Source: Candidatus Oxydemutator sp.
GTDB taxonomy: Bacteria > Pseudomonadota > Gammaproteobacteria > Poriferisulfidales > Oxydemutatoraceae
Assembly: GCA_965203445.1 (NCBI GenBank)
Contig: OZ241883.1
Location: 384,001 to 448,000, forward strand
Direction of reading: 5' to 3'
DNA: 64,000 nt
Made by a program: the position numbers and the translations under genes. The notes below the pieces were generated by a model. It saw only the letters and a program-made list of their open reading frames with translations, was not told the DNA's origin and did not search any database. Shown here piece by piece: positions 32,809-41,836 of the stretch; positions within the stretch are counted from its first letter, which is position 1; the number at the start of each line of letters is the position of its first letter.

Positions 32809-33030
32809 TCAGTAGCGGCGGTGCTGGCGGTGCTGGCGCCCGTTCATGGCACGGCGACGCTGGTGGCGCTTGATGGCGGCTATGGCCTTGCGCTTACGGG
32901 CCGCCGTCGGCTTCTCGTAATGCTCGCGCTTGCGCACCTCGGCCATGATCCCGGCCTTTTCGCAGACGCGACGAAACCGCCGCAACGCGACGTCGAACGG
33001 TTCGCTTTCCTTGACTCGAATGCTAGGCAT
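32809..33030 (-). CDS. rpsU: 30S ribosomal protein S21
   Basis: [27 protein letters not shown]...REHYEKPT. Confidence 0.96.
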   Translation of the reverse strand: MPSIRVKESEPFDVALRRFRRVCEKAGIMAEVRKREHYEKPTAARKRKAIAAIKRHQRRRAMNGRQHRQHRRY

Positions 33031-33085
33031 ACAATGTTGCTCCGGTAAAAGGAGCGCTATTATACTGGCGGGGGAAGAGTTTTCA

Positions 33086-33230
33086 ATTCCGAGAGGGTGG
33101 TTCGGGTTCCCTTGCCTCAGGTGCGGCGTTGCCGCCGGGTTTTTGAACTGGGCTCCCACTTTCGCGGGATGGTAAAGATTCACTGATTCGCCGACAAAAC
33201 AAGGCTTTCCCGAAATCTGTATCTTGGAGA
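33086..33230. ncRNA. Candidate structured RNA (family unassigned)
   Basis: Long-range complementarity (tccgaga/tcttgga, ttcggg/cccgaa, ccttg/caagg) and two GNRA-capped hairpins on the minus strand. Confidence 0.35.
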
Positions 33231-33287
33231 CGCATACATGCGGGATAACACCCAAAACAAGACACCCATGGCGGAGGGTGGGCGCGC

Positions 33288-34112
33288 GTGAACGCAACGG
33301 CGGTTGACCGCTATGCGCTCGTCGGTTGCCCGGTCGGGCACAGCCTGTCGCCCGGGATACACGCGCGTTTCGCGGAGCAGACCGGCGAGGCCGTCGCCTA
33401 CGAGCTGCTCGAGGCGCCGCGCGACGGCTTTGCCGCGGCGCTTGCGCGCTTCGTTGCCGACGGCGGCAGGGGGTTGAACGTCACGCTGCCGTTCAAGGAG
33501 GAGGCGCATCGGCTGGCGAGTGCCGCCAGCGCGCGCGCGCGCGCGGCGGGTGCGGTCAACACGCTGGTGGTGCGCGCAAACGGCGACCTCTACGGCGACA
33601 ACACCGACGGCGCGGGCCTGCTGCGCGACCTGCACGCCAACTGCGGTTTGGAAACGAGCGGCCGCGACGTTCTCGTGCTCGGCGCCGGCGGCGCCGCGCG
33701 CGGCATCATCCTGCCGTTGCTCGAAAGCGGCGTCGCGTCGCTCGTGATCGCAAACCGCACCGTCGAACGCGCGCGTTCGCTCGAACGCCTGTTCGGCTCC
33801 GCCGGCGCCGTTGCCGCGTGCGCACCCGGCGATCTCGACGGCCGCCGCTTTCACGGCATCGTCAACGCGACTTCGGCCAGCCTTGCGGGCGAGGTGCCGC
33901 CGCTGCCCGAATCGGTCGAGGCGAAATGGGGCTACGACCTCGCCTACACCGAAGACGGCGCGACCGCCTTCGTCCGCTGGCTCGAAAAAAAAGGCGTCCG
34001 ACGGGCCTTTGACGGCTTCGGCATGTTGGTGGAGCAAGCCGCCGAATCTTTCTACCTGTGGCGCGGCGTGCGCCCGCAGACGGCGCCGGTAATCCGCGAG
34101 TTGCGCGGCTGA
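33288..34112 (+). CDS. aroE: Shikimate dehydrogenase
   Basis: [36 protein letters not shown] and MLVEQAA. Confidence 0.96.
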   Translation: MNATAVDRYALVGCPVGHSLSPGIHARFAEQTGEAVAYELLEAPRDGFAAALARFVADGGRGLNVTLPFKEEAHRLASAASARARAAGAVNTLVVRANGDLYGDNTDGAGLLRDLHANCGLETSGRDVLVLGAGGAARGIILPLLESGVASLVIANRTVERARSLERLFGSAGAVAACAPGDLDGRRFHGIVNATSASLAGEVPPLPESVEAKWGYDLAYTEDGATAFVRWLEKKGVRRAFDGFGMLVEQAAESFYLWRGVRPQTAPVIRELRG

Positions 34113-34309
34113 AGAACCACCCATCACGTACACGACAATGTAATTGCCGCCGCCCCAAAGCGCACAACGCTTTCTCATCCGATGGCAGGCGGCGCGCCCC
34201 TCGCACCTTTCTACAATTTGTCCGGCCTGCCGGCAAGACAATATCAACTTATAAAATACGCACCAGGGGGGCGCGGCCCTCTTTTGCGTCTTGTCGGTCG
34301 GAGCACGTG

Positions 34310-34843
34310 TTACGCACCCGCCGCGTGTCGGTTTTTCAGTTCCACGTAGTGGCGCGCGGAGAAAAGCAGGAATTCTCTCTCCTCGTCGTTCAGTTCGCGG
34401 ATTTTTCTCACCGGGCTGCCCATCCACAGAAAGCCGCCCTCGATTTCTTTGGCGGTCGGAACCAGGCTATGCGCGGCTATCATCGCGCCGTCGCCGACCA
34501 CGGCGCCGTCCAACACCGTCGAACCCATACCGATCAGGCAGCCGTCGCCAAGCGTACACGCGTGGACGACGGCGTTGTGGCCTATGGTGACGCGGTCGCC
34601 CACGTGCAGCGGATAGCCGCCCGGCGCGAAACGGCTGGCACCGGTCACGTGGAGCACGGTCCCGTCTTGCACGTTGGTGCCGTCGCCGATGCGGATGGCC
34701 GCGACGTCGCCGCGCGCAACGCTCATCGGCCATAGCGAGCTGTCGGCGCCGATGACGACGTCACCCACGACCAGCGCGGTGTCATCTACAAAGGCCGTCG
34801 GGTGGATACGCGGCGTCTTGCCGCCTAATTCTCGGACGTTCAT
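34310..34843 (-). CDS. Gamma carbonic anhydrase family protein (YrdA-like)
   Basis: Hexapeptide repeats, RGDV, NVQDGTVLH and TIGHNAVVHAC. Confidence 0.93.
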   Translation of the reverse strand: MNVRELGGKTPRIHPTAFVDDTALVVGDVVIGADSSLWPMSVARGDVAAIRIGDGTNVQDGTVLHVTGASRFAPGGYPLHVGDRVTIGHNAVVHACTLGDGCLIGMGSTVLDGAVVGDGAMIAAHSLVPTAKEIEGGFLWMGSPVRKIRELNDEEREFLLFSARHYVELKNRHAAGA

Positions 34844-35007
34844 CGCGGACGCGGCAGTATAGCAAAAGCGGTTTTCGGCCTTAACAGTGTGATACCCGAC
34901 GCGGAATCATCGCCCGCCGCCACGGTGACGGCGGGCGCGGGCGCGGGCATTGCGTTCGCGGCGACGTCGTGACGCAAGATTAATTTTTTAATTGAGGGAG
35001 TAGAAAA

Positions 35008-35382
35008 ATGGGACAGAACAATACGATGAATCTGTCGTCTTCGATGGATACGGCGTCTGCGACTCTAGCCGCGCGGTGCTACGGCGATCCGGATTTTGCC
35101 AGGCGCCTGCGTGAGGATCCGAAGGCGGTGATCGAGGAGACGTGCGGCAAGAAATTGCCGGAATCTCTTGTGATCGAAGTTCACGAAAACGACGGCAGGA
35201 CGTGGCACGTGCCGGTTCCCCGAGGTGGGGACACCGACAAGCTGTCCGATGAGCAGTTGAAGGACGTCAGCGGGGGCTTCGAGATTGTCGTGGCGGCGCT
35301 GGTAGCCACCTCGATAGCGGTGGGCACGACCGTTGTCGGCGCGGTTGCCGCCGGGATGGTCCCGAGTCGGAATCAGGACTGA
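35008..35382 (+). CDS. NHLP-leader RiPP (proteusin-type) precursor peptide
   Basis: Nitrile-hydratase-like leader DPDFARRLREDPKAVIEE...IEVHEN...LSDEQLKDVSGG, then a hydrophobic 34-aa core; SD GGAG. Confidence 0.88.
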   Translation: MGQNNTMNLSSSMDTASATLAARCYGDPDFARRLREDPKAVIEETCGKKLPESLVIEVHENDGRTWHVPVPRGGDTDKLSDEQLKDVSGGFEIVVAALVATSIAVGTTVVGAVAAGMVPSRNQD

Positions 35383-35398
35383 CGAGGTTTTCGGCCCG

Positions 35399-35504
35399 CC
35401 CTCTCCTAGAGGGAGAGGGCTGCATTACGGGCCTGCGGACAACTTTCCCCAGAGGGAGAGGGTTTGGGTGGGGTTCCTTCCGCCACCCTCTCCCAGAGGG
35501 AGAA
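35399..35504. repeat. Cluster of REP-like palindromes (CCCTCTCC-N-GGGAGAGGG)
   Basis: Three hairpin copies; the spacer ttacggg(c/t)ctgcggacaactt is shared with 40008-40110. Confidence 0.75.
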
Positions 35505-35695
35505 GTTTGATTATTCTCCTTTATTCAGAGGTCTCCGAAAAACACGGGGCGGTTCATCCTGCCGTCTAATTCTGAATGCCCATCGCGGGCACGGCGACGT
35601 AACAAAAGCGGTTTTCGGCCGTCGTTCGTCGGCCAAACGGGGCGTTTCGTCGCCGCGGCGCGAGTGCGTGGTCTTGCGTGCGCCGACAATGGGGC

Positions 35696-36643
35696 ATGGC
35701 TTATCGCGGAACTCATGGCGGAACTCGTCGCGGGGCAGGCCCGCCGCGCGGCTTTACGTTGGTGGAGATGCTGTCGGCGCTGACGCTGTCCGCACTGCTG
35801 ATCACTGCGCTGTTGACGTTGCAGCAAAACGCCGGGTTGGCGCACGTCGCCGCCGAGGAGCGCGCCGCCGCGACCCAGAAGCTGATCGTGTTGCGCCGCG
35901 AACTCGCCGACGCCGTCAGCGGCGTGATCCCGTCTTGCGCGAAAAAGAAAGATCGTTTCAACTTGATCACGGCCCCGCGCTTCTGGTTGCGGCCGTTCGA
36001 GGGCACGGTGCGGGTCTATGCCGGGAGTGAAACACCGACGGACATGAAAAAAACCGGCGCGCGTCCCGGCGAGCGCCGCGCGGACAGCGACTTCCTGGTG
36101 ATACGCGGCGCGGTGCTGCCGGCCGTCGCGGTCACCAGCCATACCGCGACGGGTTCCTTTCGCGTCTCGGACGCGGCCGGCTTCAAGCGCGGCGACGTCG
36201 CGCTGGTCTGCGGCGAACAGGCGAGCGTGCTGTTTCAGATCGCTGGCATCGGCGGGAGTTCGCTGCGCTATTCGGGCGGCGGCATGGCGCCCGGCAATTT
36301 CGCGTTCGGCGGCGGTGCCGTCGCCACGCGCTACACGGCGTCTGTCTTCTACGTCGGCGTCGGCAAGTCCGGCGACGGCTTTTCGCTGTACCGGCGTCGG
36401 CTCCCCGACGAGAACAGCGAGGCCAAACGGCGCTCGACGCTGTTGAACGCCGAGGAAATCGTCACCGGCATAAGGCGAATCGCCGCGCACGTCATCGTGC
36501 GCGACGGCGACCGCTTCCGCTATGCCAAGAGCGACTCTGGCGCCGGCGAACCCTTCGCAATCGAGATCGAGGCCGTGATCGCCGCGCGCGCCGGCTCAGC
36601 CGACGACGCCGGCGAGCGTCATGCGTTCACGATCGCGCTGTAG
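35696..36643 (+). CDS. PilW-like minor type IV pilin
   Basis: Prepilin cleavage site RG|FTLVEML; position before the PilX-like and PilE-like genes. Confidence 0.7.
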   Translation: MAYRGTHGGTRRGAGPPRGFTLVEMLSALTLSALLITALLTLQQNAGLAHVAAEERAAATQKLIVLRRELADAVSGVIPSCAKKKDRFNLITAPRFWLRPFEGTVRVYAGSETPTDMKKTGARPGERRADSDFLVIRGAVLPAVAVTSHTATGSFRVSDAAGFKRGDVALVCGEQASVLFQIAGIGGSSLRYSGGGMAPGNFAFGGGAVATRYTASVFYVGVGKSGDGFSLYRRRLPDENSEAKRRSTLLNAEEIVTGIRRIAAHVIVRDGDRFRYAKSDSGAGEPFAIEIEAVIAARAGSADDAGERHAFTIAL

Positions 36644-37142
36644 CGCGGGTGCGCGCCACGCGTGCGCCGGCAGCGTCCTGCCGCTGGTGCTGGTGATGCT
36701 GTCGCTGGCGGCGCTGATGACCAGCGCCGGTCTCGAGCGTTCCGCCGACCGCTCGCTGCTGGCAAGCGCCGCGACCGAGCGCGACCGCCTGCGCGAAACC
36801 GCGTGGGCGGCGTTGGCGGCAGGCGTGCGCGACGCCAAGACCCGCACCTGTGCGGCCGATTTTCAAGCCGATAAGGACGGACGCTACGCCGAGGCGCGCG
36901 TCGCCCGTTGGGGCAAGGACTATCCGTGGGCGGCCGCCACCGACGCGCACCTGGGCGAAGACGGCGTTATCGCCGGCTTTATCATCGAACGACTGGCGCA
37001 CGACGATGACGACGGGCGCTGCCGCCTGCTGGTCACCGCCGGGGTGCGCGCCGCCGGCGGCGACCGCCTGTTCGGGCAGGCGCTGCTGTCGCCGTCGCGG
37101 GCGGCGCCGGACGCCGTGCGCATATTCGTCCCGGTTCGATGA
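36621..37142 (+). CDS. PilX-like minor pilin
   Basis: G|SVLPLVLVMLSLAALM hydrophobic N-terminus lacking E5; FIIERL and VTAG near the C-terminus. Confidence 0.62.
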   Translation: MRSRSRCSAGARHACAGSVLPLVLVMLSLAALMTSAGLERSADRSLLASAATERDRLRETAWAALAAGVRDAKTRTCAADFQADKDGRYAEARVARWGKDYPWAAATDAHLGEDGVIAGFIIERLAHDDDDGRCRLLVTAGVRAAGGDRLFGQALLSPSRAAPDAVRIFVPVR

Positions 37143-37555
37143 GACGCCGGCGCGCGCACGACCGACGGCGACACGCGCGCGGTTTCACGCTGGTCGAGCT
37201 GATGGTGACCATCGCCATCGTCGCGTTGCTCCTGACGACGGCGATGCCGGCCTACCGCGCGTACAGCGAGAAACTGATGATAGTGGACGGGCGCAACCAC
37301 CTGGTCGAGCTGATGTATCTGCAACACAAATACTTCGCCGAAAAAGCGACCTACACCGTTGATCCGGTCAAACACCTGGGCGTGGAGGACACGCTGTCGG
37401 ACAAAGGCCACTACCGCGTGACCGCCGCCGCCTGCGGCGGCGGCATCGCCGAATGCGTGCGCCTGTCGGCGGCGCCGGCGGCCGAGGACTCGGGCTTGCA
37501 GACGCTGACGCTCGACTCGCGCGGCGCGCGCACGCCGCGGAAATTATGGCGTTGA
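37139..37555 (+). CDS. PilE-like type IV pilin
   Basis: RG|FTLVELMVTIAIVALL...AMPAY and TLTLDSRG. Confidence 0.82.
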   Translation: MRRRRAHDRRRHARGFTLVELMVTIAIVALLLTTAMPAYRAYSEKLMIVDGRNHLVELMYLQHKYFAEKATYTVDPVKHLGVEDTLSDKGHYRVTAAACGGGIAECVRLSAAPAAEDSGLQTLTLDSRGARTPRKLWR

Positions 37556-39964
37556 CGCGCGCCTGGATTTTTTGTTCGCGGGTGCGCGCCGTTTCGCCGT
37601 GCTCTTCTTCTTGGCGCGGGCTTTTTTGGCCGCCGCTTTTTTGGCCGGCGTTCCCTTCGCCGACCTTTTGCGCGCCGGCGCGTCCTTTATCAGCTGCCTG
37701 CATTCTGCGAGCGTCAACTCCGACGGTTGCCTGTCCTTCGGCACGCTCGCGTTTTGCGAACCGTCGGTAACGTACGGCCCGTAGCGGCCGTTCAACACGC
37801 GCACACCGGCTTCGGGAAACTCCCGGATCAGCCTCTTCGCGTCGGCCAGCTTTTTCTCCTCGACCAGTTCGAGCGCGCGCGCCGCGCTGATCTCGTACGG
37901 ATCGTCCTCCCGGATCGAGACGTAGCGGTCGCCGTACTTGACGTACGGCCCATAGCGCCCGATGCCGACCAACATCGGCTCCCCCTGCGGCGTATGTCCG
38001 AGGTCGCGCGGCAGCTTGAACAGCTCGAGCGCCTCTTCGAGCGTAATGGTCTCCGTTTGCTGGCCCTTGCGCAGGCTCGCAAAGCGCGGCTTCTCGTCGT
38101 CCTCGGCGGTGCCGATCTGGACGAACGGGCCGTAGCGGCCGTGGCGCACGACAATCGGCTTGCCGGTCTTCGGGTCGTCGCCTAGCACGCGCGCCTGCGA
38201 CGCCTCCTGCTTGGTGATCGCCGCCTTATCCTCGACGCGCCGCTTGAACGGGCGCCAGAAATCGTCCAGCACCGGTACCCATTCCTTTTCGCCGCGCGAC
38301 ACCGCGTCGAGCGCGTCCTCGAGGCGCGCGGTGAAACCGTAATCCACGTATTGGTCGAAATGGTCGGTCAGAAAACGGTTGACGAGGCGCCCGGTCGGCG
38401 TCGGGTGAAAGCGCCGGTTGTCGAGCACCGCGTAGTTGCGGCTTTGCAGCGTCGAGATGATGCTGGCGTAGGTCGAGGGGCGGCCGATGCCGTATTCCTC
38501 GAGCGTCTTGATCAGCGTCGCCTCGTTGTAGCGCGGCGGCGGTTCGGTGAAATGCTGCTCCGGGATGACCTCGCGCAAGTCGACCGTGTCCCCTTCCGCC
38601 AACGCCGGCAGTTTGCTCTCCTTGTCCGCGCCCGCTTTTGTGCTCTCCTCCCGGGCGTCGTCCGTGCCCTCGGTATAGACCAGCATGAAGCCGGGATCGC
38701 GCATGGTCGAGCCGGTGGCGCGGAACGTGCAGCCTTTGCCGCACGCGAAGTCCACCGATACCACGTCGAACGTCGCCGGTATCATCTGGCAGGCGACCGC
38801 GCGCTTCCAGATCAGGTCGTAGAGCTTGAGCTGGTCGCCGCTCAGGTGCGCGCGCACGTCGCGCGGCGCGCGCGCCGCCGACGTCGGACGGATGGCCTCG
38901 TGCGCCTCCTGCGCGTTCTTGGATTTGGTCTTATAGACGTTCGGCTTCGGCGGCAGCTGGGCGTCGCCGAAGCGCGCCGCGATATAGGCGCGCAAGTCCT
39001 CGAGCGCCTCGCGCGCGAGCGTAACCGAGTCGGTGCGCATGTAGGTGATCAGGCCGACCGGGCCGGAACCGAGATCCACGCCTTCGTACAGTTGCTGCGC
39101 GACGCGCATCGTGTGCGACGAACGAAAGCGCAGCTTGCGCGCGGCCTCCTGTTGCAGCGTCGAGGTGATGAACGGCGGCGGCGGACGGCGCTTGCGCTGT
39201 TTCTTCACGCAGCGCGTGACCGGAATCGAGTCGCCGGTGTTTTCGTCTATCTGCCGGCACAGACGCTTCGCGTGTTTCTCGTCGGCGACGTCGAACTGCT
39301 CTAGTTTGCGTCCGTCGGCCTCGATCAGTTTGGCGGCGAAGGCGATGCCGTCCTTCGCAAGGCGCGCCTCTATAGTCCAGTATTCGCGCGCTTCAAACGC
39401 CTCGATTTCCTCCTCGCGCTCGACCAGCAGGCGCAACGCCGGACTCTGCACGCGCCCCGCCGACAGGCCGCTGCCGCCGATCTTGCGCCACAGCAGCGGC
39501 GACAGGTTGAAGCCGACCAGGTAGTCGAGCGCGCGCCGCGCCTGTTGCGCGTTGACCAGGACGTCCGACACCACGCGCGGATGGGCGATTGCGTCGCGCA
39601 CCGCGCGCTTCGTGATCTCGTGGAACACCACGCGGTACACTTTCTTGTTCTTGAGCGCGTTCTGCTGGCGCAGGATTTCGCACAGATGCCACGAGATGGC
39701 CTCGCCTTCGCGGTCGGGGTCGGTCGCCAGATACAGCGCGTCGGCCTTCTTCAGGTGTCGTATTATGTTCTTTACGTGTTTCTCGTTGCGCTCGATGATC
39801 TCGTACTTCATCTCGAAGTTGTTTTCGGTGTCCACCGCGCCCTCTTTCGGCACCAGATCGCGGACGTGACCGTACGAGGCCATGATCTCGAAGTCCGGCC
39901 CAAGGTACTTCTTCAGCGTCCGCGACTTCGCGGGCGACTCGACAATTAACAGGTTGCTGCTCAT
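37544..39964 (-). CDS. topA: DNA topoisomerase I
   Basis: IVESPAK, ATDPDREGEAI, SAGRVQS and ITYMRTDS; C-terminal GRYGP repeats and a Lys/Ala-rich tail. Confidence 0.97.
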   Translation of the reverse strand: MSSNLLIVESPAKSRTLKKYLGPDFEIMASYGHVRDLVPKEGAVDTENNFEMKYEIIERNEKHVKNIIRHLKKADALYLATDPDREGEAISWHLCEILRQQNALKNKKVYRVVFHEITKRAVRDAIAHPRVVSDVLVNAQQARRALDYLVGFNLSPLLWRKIGGSGLSAGRVQSPALRLLVEREEEIEAFEAREYWTIEARLAKDGIAFAAKLIEADGRKLEQFDVADEKHAKRLCRQIDENTGDSIPVTRCVKKQRKRRPPPPFITSTLQQEAARKLRFRSSHTMRVAQQLYEGVDLGSGPVGLITYMRTDSVTLAREALEDLRAYIAARFGDAQLPPKPNVYKTKSKNAQEAHEAIRPTSAARAPRDVRAHLSGDQLKLYDLIWKRAVACQMIPATFDVVSVDFACGKGCTFRATGSTMRDPGFMLVYTEGTDDAREESTKAGADKESKLPALAEGDTVDLREVIPEQHFTEPPPRYNEATLIKTLEEYGIGRPSTYASIISTLQSRNYAVLDNRRFHPTPTGRLVNRFLTDHFDQYVDYGFTARLEDALDAVSRGEKEWVPVLDDFWRPFKRRVEDKAAITKQEASQARVLGDDPKTGKPIVVRHGRYGPFVQIGTAEDDEKPRFASLRKGQQTETITLEEALELFKLPRDLGHTPQGEPMLVGIGRYGPYVKYGDRYVSIREDDPYEISAARALELVEEKKLADAKRLIREFPEAGVRVLNGRYGPYVTDGSQNASVPKDRQPSELTLAECRQLIKDAPARKRSAKGTPAKKAAAKKARAKKKSTAKRRAPANKKSRRASTP

Positions 39965-40007
39965 CGGGTTTTCTCGAAAGGGAAGCGATTATATACATAA
40001 ACCGCCC

Positions 40008-40110
40008 ACCCTCTCCTAGGGGGAGAGGGTTACATTTTAGCCCACCCTCCCCTAGAGGGGAGGGTTACGTTACGGGTCTGCGGACAACTTCTCCCGGAGG
40101 GAGAAGGTCG
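40008..40110. repeat. Cluster of REP-like palindromes
   Basis: ccctctcctagggggagaggg, ccctcccctagaggggaggg and ctcccggagggag. Confidence 0.75.
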
Positions 40111-40168
40111 GACAGATAGTGGGAGGGGGGTTGAACAACGTTGCGCGCGGCGTTAGACTGCGCACTTT

Positions 40169-40432
40169 ATGGCCAACTCGACTTCGGCGCGCAAAAGCGC
40201 AAGGCAGGCGGAGAAACGCAGGTTGCATAACGCGGGTTTGCGCACGCGCCTGCGCACCCATGTCAAGAACGTCGCCAAGGCGGTCGTCGCCGGCGATGCC
40301 GAGGGCGCGCGCGCCGCCTACGAAAAGGCGGTGCCGATCATTGATTCCAGCGTCAACAAAAATCTGATTCACAAGAACAAGGCGGCGCGGCACAAAAGCC
40401 GCTTGAACCGCCTGCTGCGGCAGGCAAACTGA
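40169..40432 (+). CDS. rpsT: 30S ribosomal protein S20
   Basis: [21 protein letters not shown]...[13 protein letters not shown]. Confidence 0.97.
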   Translation: MANSTSARKSARQAEKRRLHNAGLRTRLRTHVKNVAKAVVAGDAEGARAAYEKAVPIIDSSVNKNLIHKNKAARHKSRLNRLLRQAN

Positions 40433-40610
40433 CCGCCGGGAACGGGGCGCCGGCGCCCGACTTGCGCTCGACCGAACTCCCCCGGCTTCCTGCACCCGTT
40501 GTTCCCGTCGTACCTTCCCCACTCCCTGCCCGAACGGGTAGCGCGGCAATCGGCGCCGATAAAGCGCCGCGAGCAGCGCTGGGCCCTAGGCATCGAATAT
40601 AATCCCGCCG

Positions 40611-41738
40611 ATGAAGCACGCGGACGCCAAGCGCTGGGTCGTCAAGGTCGGCAGTTCGCTTGTGACCGACGACGGTTGCGGTCTCAACCTGGATTTGATC
40701 GGCGACTGGGCGGCCCAGATCGCGCGGCTGGTGCGCGGCGGGCGGCAGGTCGCGCTGGTGTCTTCGGGCTCGATCGCGGCCGGCATGCACGAGCTTGGCC
40801 GGCGCGACAGACCGCAGACGCTGCACGCCCTGCAGGCCGCGGCCGCGGTCGGTCAGATGGGGCTGATGCAGGGCTACCGGCAGGCTTTCGCCGGCCACGG
40901 CGTGACCACCGCGCAGGTGCTGCTGACGCACGAGGATTTCCGAGACCGCCAACGCTATCTGAACGCGCGCGCGGCGCTGACCGCGCTGCTCGAATTGGGC
41001 GCGGCGCCGGTCATCAACGAAAACGACACCGTCTCCACCGACGAGATCCAGCTCGGCGACAACGACACGCTGGCGGCGCAGGTCGCAAACCTGCTCGACG
41101 CCGGCCTGTTGCTGATTCTGACCAACCGGGAGGGTCTCCTCGAACGCGATCCGGCGCGCGACGCCGACGCCCGGCTGATACACGTCGCGGACACGAACGA
41201 CGCGCGGCTCGACCGGGCGGCGGGTCCCAGCAGCGGCGAACTGGGGCGCGGCGGCATGATCACCAAGGTGGCGGCGGCTCGGTGCGCGGCGCTGTCCGGC
41301 GCCTCGACCGTGATCGCGTCGGGGCGCGAACCGGACGTGATCGAACGCATCGCGTCGGGCGAGCGCATCGGCACGCTGATACAGGCCGCCGGCCAGCCGC
41401 TCGCGCTCAGAAAGCGCTGGATCATGAACCTCAAGCCGCGCGGCGCACTGACGTTGGACGACGGCGCCTGTAAGGCGCTGCGCGAACTCGGCAAAAGCCT
41501 GCTGCCGGTCGGCGTCGCCGCGCTCGACGGCGACTTCCGGCGCGGCGACGCGGTCACGTGCCGCACCGCCGCCGGGCGGCCGGTCGCGCGCGGCCTCGCC
41601 AACTACGCCGCCGACGAGGCGCGCCTGATCATCGGCAAGGGCGGCGCCGAGGTAAAGGCGATCATGGGCGCGCGCTACGAGGCGGAGCTGATCCACCGCG
41701 ACAATCTCGCGCTGGAAGGCGCGGCCGACGCGAGGTAA
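40611..41738 (+). CDS. proB: Glutamate 5-kinase
   Basis: VVKVGSS, VSSG, AAVGQ, INENDTV, GDNDTL and GGMITK; C-terminal PUA domain. Confidence 0.96.
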   Translation: MKHADAKRWVVKVGSSLVTDDGCGLNLDLIGDWAAQIARLVRGGRQVALVSSGSIAAGMHELGRRDRPQTLHALQAAAAVGQMGLMQGYRQAFAGHGVTTAQVLLTHEDFRDRQRYLNARAALTALLELGAAPVINENDTVSTDEIQLGDNDTLAAQVANLLDAGLLLILTNREGLLERDPARDADARLIHVADTNDARLDRAAGPSSGELGRGGMITKVAAARCAALSGASTVIASGREPDVIERIASGERIGTLIQAAGQPLALRKRWIMNLKPRGALTLDDGACKALRELGKSLLPVGVAALDGDFRRGDAVTCRTAAGRPVARGLANYAADEARLIIGKGGAEVKAIMGARYEAELIHRDNLALEGAADAR

Positions 41739-41836
41739 CCCCGAGGCGAGACGGGAGGCGCAGAGGGTGCGGCACGACCCGGCGCCAGCGACCGCCTCGG
41801 GCGCCCCCTCCTGTATAATGCGCGGTCGCCGTTTCA

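Noticed and set aside
33086-33230. Definite 6S, SRP or tmRNA call
   Set aside because: Hallmark motifs and usual gene context were not recognised; kept only as an unassigned candidate.
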